This document shows, piece after piece, positions 45,350 through 54,159 of a stretch of 64,000 nt of DNA. Location: the IMG/VR virus record IMGVR_UViG_3300037484_000435, positions 448,001-512,000 of that record. One strand, written 5' to 3'. Below the pieces are notes generated by a model that was not told the DNA's origin, searched no databases, and saw only the letters and a list, made by a program, of their open reading frames with translations. Within the stretch, counting starts at the first letter, position 1. Each line of letters starts with the position of its first letter. This stretch comes from a virus (Duplodnaviria; Caudoviricetes). The translations under genes and the position numbers were made by a program.

Positions 45350-46435
45350 ATGATTGTGAAACATGCCTATAAATATCACATATACCCTAATACTGACCAA
45401 AAGAAACAACTTGAATCTTACTTTGGATGTTCTAGGTATGTCTATAATCATTATTTAAAACAAAGAATTGATTGCTATATGTTGCACAAAGTCGGTCTCG
45501 GGTATGTGGACAACTGTAGTGACCTAGTATTTCTAAAGAGACAAAAGCCTTGGTTGTCTGAAGCCATCGCTCAGTCATTACAGGCATCACTCAAGGATCT
45601 TGAATCAGCTTACACTAATTTTTTTAGAGGGACCACAAAATTTCCGAGTTTCAAGAAAAAACACAACAAACAAAGTTTTCGTGTTCCCCAAAAATTCAAG
45701 GTCAATTCCACTTCAATTACTATCCCTAAGGTGGGCAAGATCAAAGCCAAAATACATCGTCCAATAGGAGACAAGATCTGCAATGTTACTATTAGTAAAA
45801 CTCCTGCAGGAAAGTATTATGCTTCTGTGTTATGTGAAGTTTATATTGAGGATCCAAAATTTGAAGGCAATATAATCGGGATCGATTTGGGGATTAGAGA
45901 TTATTTGGTTGACAGTAATGGGAATCGCGTCCCTAACCCGAAATATCTTCAAAAGTCCTTAGTGAAGCTTAAACGACTCCAACAAATACTAAGTAGCAAA
46001 GTTCAAGGTTCTAGTGATTACCATAAATTACGGCGTAAGCTTGCGAAACTACACGAAAAGATTCAGAACCAACGTTCAGATTTTCAGCATAAACTTGCTT
46101 TACAACTGGTGCGTGAAAACCAAACCATCTGTTGTGAAACTTTAGCTGTAAAGAGGATGTTGACTGAGTCTGATCCAGTGCTAGCCAGATACATTTTAGA
46201 TGCAGGATGGTACCAGTTCATTTCTTTTTTGAATTACAAAGGACCTTGGTATGGTTGCCACATAAATCAAATAGAGCAGTTTTATCCTAGCAGTAAACGG
46301 CATTTCGAATGTGGTTATATTAATGAACATCTAAACCTTTCTGATAGAGAGTGGTTATGCCCACAATGTAACTCGATGGTTGATAGAGACCTTAATGCTG
46401 CTAAAAATATTCTCGCCGCGGGGACCGCGGTTTAA
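45350..46435 (+). CDS. tnpB: TnpB RNA-guided endonuclease
   Basis: HTH AYKY.IYP...Q, RuvC GIDLG / CETL / DRDLNAAKNI, zinc finger; probable right end TAGTCCAC at 46482. Confidence 0.95.
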   Translation: MIVKHAYKYHIYPNTDQKKQLESYFGCSRYVYNHYLKQRIDCYMLHKVGLGYVDNCSDLVFLKRQKPWLSEAIAQSLQASLKDLESAYTNFFRGTTKFPSFKKKHNKQSFRVPQKFKVNSTSITIPKVGKIKAKIHRPIGDKICNVTISKTPAGKYYASVLCEVYIEDPKFEGNIIGIDLGIRDYLVDSNGNRVPNPKYLQKSLVKLKRLQQILSSKVQGSSDYHKLRRKLAKLHEKIQNQRSDFQHKLALQLVRENQTICCETLAVKRMLTESDPVLARYILDAGWYQFISFLNYKGPWYGCHINQIEQFYPSSKRHFECGYINEHLNLSDREWLCPQCNSMVDRDLNAAKNILAAGTAV

Positions 46436-46561
46436 AGCCAGTTAATACTGGAAATTATTATCCTTGGATGATAATAGTCCACCTCGTGCCTGAGCCCGTG
46501 TATATATTTATAAAAGAAAAGAAATTATATGCGGGCATGTACACATAAGAAAGGAATCACA

Positions 46562-48187
46562 ATGCTACCCACAAAAATCCTAGCAGACGGGATTGAAAGA
46601 GCTTTTGAACACCGAAAGTTTCCATGGGATTTCTATTTTATCGCGATGGCAGAAGCTGATTGGCGGGCTGGTCGAGCAGATTTACCAGCAACCAAGAGTT
46701 TTTATATACGAAACGCTCCCTTTGGCGGAAGTTACTGTCTCCTTGGTGGTATCACTGAGGCTCTAGTAACTATTAAGAATCTGGATTTCCTCAGCAAAGA
46801 TTTCTTTCACGGTGCTGTTCATATGGGCTCTTCTCCAGATTTTGTGAATTGGCTGGCTGTTCGAGAAAGGTTGCGTATTCGTGTTATTGGTGGGAGAGAG
46901 GGAACTGTGTTCTTCCCCAACGAACCTATCGTAACAGTACAGGGGCCATTAGCAGATATTCGTTTGGTTGAGGGTATTCTGACTTATGCCCTGAACTTTT
47001 CTTCTTTGTCGTTAACTAAGTGGTATCGAGTCGTAAAAGCGGCCCGCCCAGGACAAGTTTTGGATTTCTCTTTGAGAAGGGCACAGAACAGTAGACGTGC
47101 ATCCCTGAACGCAATGCTGGCAGGATGCTCTGCCACATCTAACTGCGACATAGCAGAATTCTTTGACGTTCCCGTCCGAGGCACAATGGGACATGAATAC
47201 CCAATGGGTCATGGAGACGTTAAGATAGCTTTTGAGCAGTGGTTGGAATATCAACCTAATCGACCTATCGGTTTGATTGACACCCTGCAATGCTTGGAGA
47301 ACGACTTTCCTCTTTGGCTCGACGCTGTATACAAATATCGGGAAAAGATTAAGAATGCAGGGTCTCCTATTTGGGGATGGCGAAATGATTCGGGTGACCT
47401 CGGTTACCTAACAGTTGAGCAATACAGACGCTTCCTCAACCATGAGTTGGCAAAGGACGAATGGTTCCGAGAGCGGATGAGGGTTATTTTAACGAATGAG
47501 CTGGACGAGTATACAATCACAGCGATTATAAACCAAATAAGAGATGATGCTGAGCCCGCAGGTTTAGATGTCCATGATATCAAAAGTCGGATTATATGGG
47601 CGGCGGGCACGCGACCTGGAGTTTGCGAAGACCAGCCCTCTCTGGGCGGTGTAGCCAAACTTATGGAAGTAGACGGTTGTCCTACTCTTAAACCAGCATT
47701 GGATTCGGATGGACATCCTGGTCCCAAGACGTCGATACCAGGATTTAATCTATCGTGCTTGGTGCCCAATGGAGACAGCAGTATCGCATGTTGTCTAATA
47801 TATCCTGCACATCATTATAATCTTGTGTCCGATGGAGCAGGTGGGTGGTCTTTACACAATAAAAAGACAAGCAAGACACCCAAAACAATAGTCACCATGC
47901 ACAAGGATTCCAGCTCGTCTTTTATGGAGTTGAAAAATCAAGGTTTGATTGCACAGCAAGATTGCCTCTACGATTCTACCCAAGGTGCTTCCGTGCTAGG
48001 TGACGCGTGGCTGGAAACACTAGATGGAGTTACAAAGCGGATAGAAGATGGTATTGGTAGACTCCACTTCACAATGACATCGAGGCTGGTGAAGCCCCAC
48101 AGTATGAAAGTATCGGTAACACCCGACCTCTTTGAGCTGCGGGATTCTATGTTGAAAAATAAGACCTTGATGGGAGAGAAATCTTAA
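46562..48187 (+). CDS. pncB: Nicotinate phosphoribosyltransferase (Gram-positive/archaeal-type PncB)
   Basis: DFY...M, R..PF.G.Y, DF.LRRAQ, TSN......P..GTMGH, LIDT, R.DSGDL, NELDE, LGGV.KL. Confidence 0.85.
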   Translation: MLPTKILADGIERAFEHRKFPWDFYFIAMAEADWRAGRADLPATKSFYIRNAPFGGSYCLLGGITEALVTIKNLDFLSKDFFHGAVHMGSSPDFVNWLAVRERLRIRVIGGREGTVFFPNEPIVTVQGPLADIRLVEGILTYALNFSSLSLTKWYRVVKAARPGQVLDFSLRRAQNSRRASLNAMLAGCSATSNCDIAEFFDVPVRGTMGHEYPMGHGDVKIAFEQWLEYQPNRPIGLIDTLQCLENDFPLWLDAVYKYREKIKNAGSPIWGWRNDSGDLGYLTVEQYRRFLNHELAKDEWFRERMRVILTNELDEYTITAIINQIRDDAEPAGLDVHDIKSRIIWAAGTRPGVCEDQPSLGGVAKLMEVDGCPTLKPALDSDGHPGPKTSIPGFNLSCLVPNGDSSIACCLIYPAHHYNLVSDGAGGWSLHNKKTSKTPKTIVTMHKDSSSSFMELKNQGLIAQQDCLYDSTQGASVLGDAWLETLDGVTKRIEDGIGRLHFTMTSRLVKPHSMKVSVTPDLFELRDSMLKNKTLMGEKS

Positions 48188-48248
48188 ACGCACGAATAGG
48201 TAAGGGCATTTTTTAATGTCCTTACCTTAACACACGAAAGGATTAGAC

Positions 48249-50105
48249 ATGACTACTACGAGGGTAGCGTTAGCACAAATAAACCCTACCGTTGGGGACT
48301 TTGACCTGAACAAAAGTCTCATTCTAAACTCTTTGACCTTGGCCCAGCGCGCAGGATGCGACATAATCGTATTTCCTGAGCTTGTTGTTTGTGGCTATCC
48401 TCCAGAGGACCTGCTGTTGAAGCAATCCTTTTTGACAAAATGCCACGAAGCTGTGGAATCTATAGCAGAGGAAGCTACAGATATAGTTGCATTAGTGGGG
48501 TCCCCTTGGAAGTTCAATTGGGGTAAACACAGACACGAATTCAATAGAAATGGGGAAGAACTCTACAACGCGGCAGTAATCTTGGCTGATGGTAAAGTGC
48601 AAGATGTCTACTTCAAAACTGAACTCCCCAACTACGGTGTGTTTGATGAGAAGAGATATTTCTCTCGACTCGAAACACCCGAGTGTTTAGTGTTTGTCAT
48701 GAATGGTGTCCGTTTTTGTATTACCATTTGTGAGGATATCTGGGTCGAGCAGTCTCCTGTGAGAACACTCGCAGCAATGAATAACGTGGATGTCACGTTA
48801 AACTTGTCCGCTTCTCCTTTCTTCGCAGGCAAATTAACTACGTCCCGTTACGAAGCATTGTCCCAGTATTGCCTGAAAACTGGCACTTCCCTGATATATA
48901 CAAATTTAATCGGGGGACAAGATAGCCTAATCTTTGATGGTACTAGTCTAGTGATGGACCATCGTGGTAAGATTCGTTACGTAGCAAAAAGATTCGAGGA
49001 AGATTTTTTGGTAGTGGACCTAGATGAAAGCTTTATGAAGAACAAGACTGAGGGGTATATGTTCCGTGACTACTACTCTACCACGTCTTCCATTGAAAGG
49101 GACTTTGCTCAGAAGTTTGAGACCATTGGCAACGCGAAATCCACAATTCAACCTGATACTCCACAACAACATGGACCATTTGATGATTTTACGGATGTTC
49201 TGCGTGGGCAAACTGAGGTAGAAGAAGTCTACTTGGCTTTAAAGAGGGGCCTTATAGATTATGTTGACAAGAATGGATTCCCTAAAGTTGTTGTTGCTGT
49301 GAGTGGTGGTATTGACTCAGCGGTCACTCTTGCACTCGCTGTAGAAACCTTGGGGATCAACCGAGTAGTTGGTATAACGATGCCTTCCAGAATTACATCT
49401 GACGATACGCAGGACGATGCAGTAACGCTGATGGAAAACTTTGGAATTCAGCAAGACACAATCCATATTGAACATCTTGTTAATATGTATATTGAGTCTA
49501 TTGCACATAGTAAAATCTGGGCTAATGCACTAGAAGAAAATCCTGTGGTGTGGGAAAACATTCAAGCACGTATCAGGGGTAACGTCTTGATGGCACTCTC
49601 CAATCAGTTCGGTTGGTTGGTCCTCTCCACAGGCAACAAGAGCGAGACCGCAGTTGGATATTGCACCCTATATGGGGATATGGTAGGAGGATTCTCTATC
49701 CTAAAAGACGTTTACAAGACGTTGGTTTACAAAATTGGCCATTACATCAATATGAAGCGCCATGAGAGGGGTCTTCTTGGGATCCCCATAAGTACTTTTG
49801 AAAGGCCACCTAGTGCGGAGTTGGCCGAGGGACAAACTGACGAGGAAGTGTTGGGTCCCTACAGTGTTCTGGATAAAGTTCTCGAAGCTTACATTGAGAA
49901 AGAGATGTCCGTAACGGAAGTAAAGGAATTCTTTGGGGCATTGGCCTTTCCTCCCTTAAAAGACATGAAAGCATATGTTGAAAAGATTGTAAGGATGGTA
50001 GACCGAAACGAATACAAACGTCGACAAAGTTGTCCTGGTGTGAAAATAACTCCGAAAGACTTTGGGAAGGATAGGCGTCTACCAATAACAAACGCCTATA
50101 TTTAA
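48249..50105 (+). CDS. nadE: Glutamine-dependent NAD+ synthetase
   Basis: Nitrilase domain with E-K-C triad (FPEL, K..LPNYGVFDEKRYF, ICEDIW) plus synthetase domain SGGIDSA, ENIQARIRG, TGNKSE, PSAEL, EYKRRQ. Confidence 0.97.
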   Translation: MTTTRVALAQINPTVGDFDLNKSLILNSLTLAQRAGCDIIVFPELVVCGYPPEDLLLKQSFLTKCHEAVESIAEEATDIVALVGSPWKFNWGKHRHEFNRNGEELYNAAVILADGKVQDVYFKTELPNYGVFDEKRYFSRLETPECLVFVMNGVRFCITICEDIWVEQSPVRTLAAMNNVDVTLNLSASPFFAGKLTTSRYEALSQYCLKTGTSLIYTNLIGGQDSLIFDGTSLVMDHRGKIRYVAKRFEEDFLVVDLDESFMKNKTEGYMFRDYYSTTSSIERDFAQKFETIGNAKSTIQPDTPQQHGPFDDFTDVLRGQTEVEEVYLALKRGLIDYVDKNGFPKVVVAVSGGIDSAVTLALAVETLGINRVVGITMPSRITSDDTQDDAVTLMENFGIQQDTIHIEHLVNMYIESIAHSKIWANALEENPVVWENIQARIRGNVLMALSNQFGWLVLSTGNKSETAVGYCTLYGDMVGGFSILKDVYKTLVYKIGHYINMKRHERGLLGIPISTFERPPSAELAEGQTDEEVLGPYSVLDKVLEAYIEKEMSVTEVKEFFGALAFPPLKDMKAYVEKIVRMVDRNEYKRRQSCPGVKITPKDFGKDRRLPITNAYI

Positions 50106-50231
50106 CAAGCATCCAATATAGTAAATGTGGGGAAACGTCGTATTCAATTCAGGAATAGACCCCCCCACTTACTTTTAACAAACCAAGAACGTATATTGAT
50201 AAGGAAATAAGGAGGATGAATGTAATAAAAA

Positions 50232-51251
50232 GTGAAGAGCACAGAAGTTAAGGAGTGTCTTGAATGTGGTATAATTAAGACACGGGAAGAATTTAGTAAA
50301 AATGTTGCATCTACAGATGGCCTAAATTTAAGATGCAAAGAGTGTGACTCCGCTCTCAAAAGAAAACGTTACGCTGATAGGAAGATGGGCCCAGTTAGGG
50401 CGTGGAGTCAACCAAAGATAAAAGAGGGAGCTAAAGAATGCATTAAGTGCCATATATCAAAATTCTTACATGAGTTTGACCGAGGTTCCAATATGCGTGG
50501 TGGGAGACTAAACGAATGTAAAACCTGTAGAAGTGCTTACAGGAAAATGTATAGAGATACAAATCCTGATAAGCTACTGGAGCAAGAACGGCGTTCTAAG
50601 AAATTACATATTCAAGCAATAAGAGACAGCGCAAAAGATTACTGCACCAGAAACAAAAACAAAATTAAGTTTTACAACAAGAAAGTACAGGAGGAATTTA
50701 GTAAAAAAGTGGCTCTGTTTCTTGGTGGCAAATGTGAAATGTGTGGGTTGGAAACAGATTGGTATGAGGTCTATGATTGTCACCATAAAAACTCTGAGGA
50801 AAAAATGTATAACGTGGCTAGTTTACGCCACAAGAATTGGACAACGATAGTTATTCCAGAATTACTGAAATGTTCCCTCGTTTGCCGTAACTGTCATAGA
50901 GTGTTAACACAACAGATCGCCAGATCAAAGCCCAACAGAGAAAAATATTGTGATTATATGGATAACAGACGGGACAATCATAAACAAAAATGTGTCGACT
51001 ACGCGGGTGGTGAATGCCAAATATGTAACTTGAGAACAACAAACTACGCTGTGTATGATTTCCACCATGTGAACCCAGCAACTAAAATATATAATATTGG
51101 GCCTCTTAATTCCAAAGATTGGGAGGAGGTCGTTCAACCTGAGCTTAACAAGTGTGCCTTGTTATGTGCTAATTGTCATGTATCCCTACACACAGGACGC
51201 CATAACAGTCTAACTTTAATTGCTGGACCAATAAAAATCATAACTGACTGA
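50232..51251 (+). CDS. Multi-zinc-finger protein with two tandem HNH domains (homing endonuclease-like)
   Basis: Two KECxxC...CKxC fingers and two GG.C..C...D.HH...EL.KC.L.C.NCH units. Confidence 0.8.
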   Translation: MKSTEVKECLECGIIKTREEFSKNVASTDGLNLRCKECDSALKRKRYADRKMGPVRAWSQPKIKEGAKECIKCHISKFLHEFDRGSNMRGGRLNECKTCRSAYRKMYRDTNPDKLLEQERRSKKLHIQAIRDSAKDYCTRNKNKIKFYNKKVQEEFSKKVALFLGGKCEMCGLETDWYEVYDCHHKNSEEKMYNVASLRHKNWTTIVIPELLKCSLVCRNCHRVLTQQIARSKPNREKYCDYMDNRRDNHKQKCVDYAGGECQICNLRTTNYAVYDFHHVNPATKIYNIGPLNSKDWEEVVQPELNKCALLCANCHVSLHTGRHNSLTLIAGPIKIITD

Positions 51252-51278
51252 TTTCACAAAGAAGAGAAAGGGTATCTG

Positions 51279-52160
51279 ATGGAATTAGATATCAGAAATG
51301 TTGGATTGATTGTCAAACGAAATGACCCACAAGCTATGGGACTTGCACAAAGGGTAATAAACTATATCCTAGACAATAAGCCTTGGGGTATAAACATTCC
51401 CCTATCGGACTGCGTGGATATACCCAATTACACAAGAGTGAACACACATTTGGAAGAAGATATGTGCCGTTACTCAGACATCCTCATCGTTTTGGGTGGT
51501 GACGGAACCATGTTGCAGGCCGCGTCCTACACCCTACCCAATAAAAGCGTGCCTGTTCTGGGTATTAATCTGGGGAGAGTAGGGTATCTATCAACGATTC
51601 CTCCTGAAAGTGTTTTTGATGAACTAGATAAACTCTCCAGCGGGTTTGTCAACGTCTACGCACAAAGGAAAATGCTTTGCGTTAACAACCCCGAAAAGGA
51701 AGGAGTTTTCTACCCTGTTCTCAATGAGGTGGTGCTACACTGGTCACAAAAGGCTAGGTTGATTAACCTTTTTCTTTCGATACAAGGTGATGGACAGTTT
51801 GAGGTTAGAGCAGACGGAATCATCATTTCGACTCCTACTGGTTCCACTGCCTACAATTACGCGGCGGGCGGGCCACTAGTGCACCATGACGTGGGAGCCT
51901 TGATAGTAACGCCTATTTGTCCGTTTTCTGGCCTAAAAGGGTCGTTAATGCTACCTATGTCCTCAACCCTGAAGATTAATTCCGACGAGAGGAACAGTCA
52001 AGTTAGTGTAACGATCGATGGTTATAGGGATTTTCCGTTGAAGTCAACCGATACCCTCTACATTGAGGAATACCCCACACCATTTGTTCTTCTCAATCCT
52101 AGGATTTCTAGCTATCTGGAAGTCCTACAAACAAAACTAAACGTTGTTGGAAAGGCATAG
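51279..52160 (+). CDS. nadK: NAD kinase
   Basis: GGDGT, GINLGRVGYL, LNE, DG.IISTPTGSTAY..AAGGP, IDG. Confidence 0.96.
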   Translation: MELDIRNVGLIVKRNDPQAMGLAQRVINYILDNKPWGINIPLSDCVDIPNYTRVNTHLEEDMCRYSDILIVLGGDGTMLQAASYTLPNKSVPVLGINLGRVGYLSTIPPESVFDELDKLSSGFVNVYAQRKMLCVNNPEKEGVFYPVLNEVVLHWSQKARLINLFLSIQGDGQFEVRADGIIISTPTGSTAYNYAAGGPLVHHDVGALIVTPICPFSGLKGSLMLPMSSTLKINSDERNSQVSVTIDGYRDFPLKSTDTLYIEEYPTPFVLLNPRISSYLEVLQTKLNVVGKA

Positions 52161-52164
52161 TGTT

Positions 52165-52341
52165 ATGACTGAGCAATTAGTTTGTTTACGCGCTGACTCA
52201 TGTGATCGGGGATGTTTCCACAAGCATCCACATGCACAGAACGAATGGTGTGGTAGGCAATGTCCAGACCATGATGAGGCAGAGTGTATACCGCTCCCCC
52301 TCACTCTACTACATGATGACGTGGAGGAAACAGATGAGTGA
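52165..52341 (+). CDS. Cys/His-rich mini-protein, array member 1
   Basis: C-x4-C-x3-C-x-H-x3-H-x4-C-x3-C-x7-C plus acidic tail. Confidence 0.75.
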   Translation: MTEQLVCLRADSCDRGCFHKHPHAQNEWCGRQCPDHDEAECIPLPLTLLHDDVEETDE

Positions 52342-52693
52342 AGTTAGAATAATATGCTCACAAGTAGACAAATGTGGTAGACATTGCTCCCACAGGCATT
52401 TACATCTCGAAGTAATTAACTGCACACAAGAAGCATGTCCTAATTTTGACGGACAGGCTCTCTGTATCGTAGCTGAACCTACATTCTTGGGCGACCTTGT
52501 GGGGAGGAAGAGGATTAACATGCAAGTGATATGCCCTAAAGCTAATAGATGTAAAATTGGATTCTGTATACACAAAGTTCCCCATTTAGAGACGCCCGAC
52601 TGTTTTAGGGGGTGTGCTAGCGAGGGAGCAGGCGCGTGTGTAGAACCAAAAACTACTTTTCTAGATGACTACACAGAGGAAGAGGATGGGTAA
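52334..52693 (+). CDS. Cys/His-rich protein with two array domains (members 2-3)
   Basis: ICSQVDKC..HCSHRHLH and ICPKANRC...CIHKVPH. Confidence 0.8.
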   Translation: MSEVRIICSQVDKCGRHCSHRHLHLEVINCTQEACPNFDGQALCIVAEPTFLGDLVGRKRINMQVICPKANRCKIGFCIHKVPHLETPDCFRGCASEGAGACVEPKTTFLDDYTEEEDG

Positions 52694-52877
52694 TATGAAA
52701 GTAATTTGTGCGGAGGCAAGTTCGTGCAGATTCACATGTGTTCATAAACTTGCACACTACAAGCTATTCGATTGTAATGATAACTGTGACAATCATCCTA
52801 ATGGCGTTGGTGCATGTATAATAGTGGAGGGGTTTCCAACCATACTTTATGATGAAATAGAGGAGGAAGATGAGTAA
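52686..52877 (+). CDS. Cys/His-rich mini-protein, array member 4
   Basis: ICAEASSCRFTCVHKLAH...DEIEEEDE. Confidence 0.75.
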   Translation: MGNMKVICAEASSCRFTCVHKLAHYKLFDCNDNCDNHPNGVGACIIVEGFPTILYDEIEEEDE

Positions 52878-53070
52878 CGTACCCATAAAAACGGTAACCT
52901 GTCCCCGTGGTCACTCTTGTTATGTAGTAAGGTGTAAGCACCAAGGACCACATTATGAAATAACAGCCGTGTGCTCCCAGAAGCGTAATGTTTGTACTGG
53001 TGCCATAGCAACAGGTATAGAATGTAAACTTGCCCTGTTGGGCGACGAAATAGAGGAGGAAGATGGATAG
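52870..53070 (+). CDS. Cys/His-rich mini-protein, array member 5
   Basis: TCPRGHSCYVVRCKHQGPH...DEIEEEDG. Confidence 0.75.
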   Translation: MSNVPIKTVTCPRGHSCYVVRCKHQGPHYEITAVCSQKRNVCTGAIATGIECKLALLGDEIEEEDG

Positions 53071-53713
53071 AATTAAATATCCGAGAACTCCCCACCTTCC
53101 TTGGTCTAGGGGGGCAACCAATGATGATAGGGTGTTGTCCTCAGTAGACCACTTTGAAGGGAAGGAAATTGTTATAACAGAAAAGTGTGACGGGGAAAAT
53201 TTTTCTCTCTACCGAGATTATTGTCATCCTCGTTCTACTACCTACTCCCCACACCCATCGCGGGATTGGATTAAGAAATTTCATGCACAAATACGACACG
53301 AAATACCAGAGGGATGGAGGGTCTGTGGAGAGAATTTGTTTGCAAAGCACTCAATTCATTATCGAAATCTTCATTCTTATTTTTATGCATACTCTATCTG
53401 GGATGACCAAAATATGGCACTCAGTTGGGACGAGACTACAGAATACTGTGAACTCATCGGAATCAGAACGGTCCCTCTTATACATAGAGGACTATTCCGA
53501 GAGGATAAGACAAGACATCTTCTATCAAGAGCAGTGGATTTTGAGGCTGTTGAAGGATACGTCATCAGATTGGCTTCATCTTTTGCTTTCAAAGATTTTT
53601 CTACGTCGGTAGCAAAATATGTACGTGCCCGTCATGTACAGACGGATGACCACTGGATGTATCAGCCAGTAATCCCCAATTTATTAATGGAGAATAATGA
53701 GACCACCCAATGA
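53063..53713 (+). CDS. RNA ligase (minimal nucleotidyltransferase, Rnl2-like family)
   Basis: KYPRTPHLPWS, TEKCDGEN, CGEN, EGYVIR, AKYVR..HVQT. Confidence 0.88.
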   Translation: MDRIKYPRTPHLPWSRGATNDDRVLSSVDHFEGKEIVITEKCDGENFSLYRDYCHPRSTTYSPHPSRDWIKKFHAQIRHEIPEGWRVCGENLFAKHSIHYRNLHSYFYAYSIWDDQNMALSWDETTEYCELIGIRTVPLIHRGLFREDKTRHLLSRAVDFEAVEGYVIRLASSFAFKDFSTSVAKYVRARHVQTDDHWMYQPVIPNLLMENNETTQ

Positions 53714-53933
53714 AACACTACAGATAATTGAAAAAGAAATCACACACTGTGAGGAGTTTTGTAACCAATTCGACCGTTGTGCAAAGAGGGGAGAGCCCTT
53801 TAATCCCGATGTATTTAAGTATTGGATTAACAAGCTTGCAATGCTAGAAGCATTTAAAGAAGTCATTTTAGGTAATAGAGATGACCTAGGAGGACTTAAC
53901 CAAAATTTATTTGAAAGGAATCGAAATGCCTGA
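53697..53933 (+). CDS. Hypothetical protein
   Basis: Packed operon ORF. Confidence 0.6.
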   Translation: MRPPNETLQIIEKEITHCEEFCNQFDRCAKRGEPFNPDVFKYWINKLAMLEAFKEVILGNRDDLGGLNQNLFERNRNA

Positions 53934-54129
53934 ACTAACTAAAGAAGAATGGTTGGCATTGGCAAACTGCGTTTCTTCTGGGGAGATAGCTTTCAAAAAG
54001 CCCCTCAATGAATTAGTAAAAGAAATGCAGGTGTTGGATAAAGAAAATGAAATGCCTAGGCTACAGTGTTGTTTTACCACTGCAGGTAAATTCTTAATGG
54101 ACAATTTCAAACCCGAGTGGACTGAATAA
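53926..54129 (+). CDS. Hypothetical protein
   Basis: AAAGGA RBS before ATG 53926. Confidence 0.6.
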   Translation: MPELTKEEWLALANCVSSGEIAFKKPLNELVKEMQVLDKENEMPRLQCCFTTAGKFLMDNFKPEWTE

Positions 54130-54159
54130 TAAAATTAGCTATAATAGAAGGAAAACAAA

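Noticed and set aside
15024-46482. TnpA (Y1) transposase or catalytically dead TldR-type TnpB
   Set aside because: No HUH/Y1 ORF beside any element, and all three TnpBs retain the D-E-D RuvC residues.
44625-48187. NARP1 or NARP2
   Set aside because: No Adps/Prs-like gene; the PRTase has PncB rather than Nampt/Namat motifs and is coupled with NadE, which the amidated route does not need.
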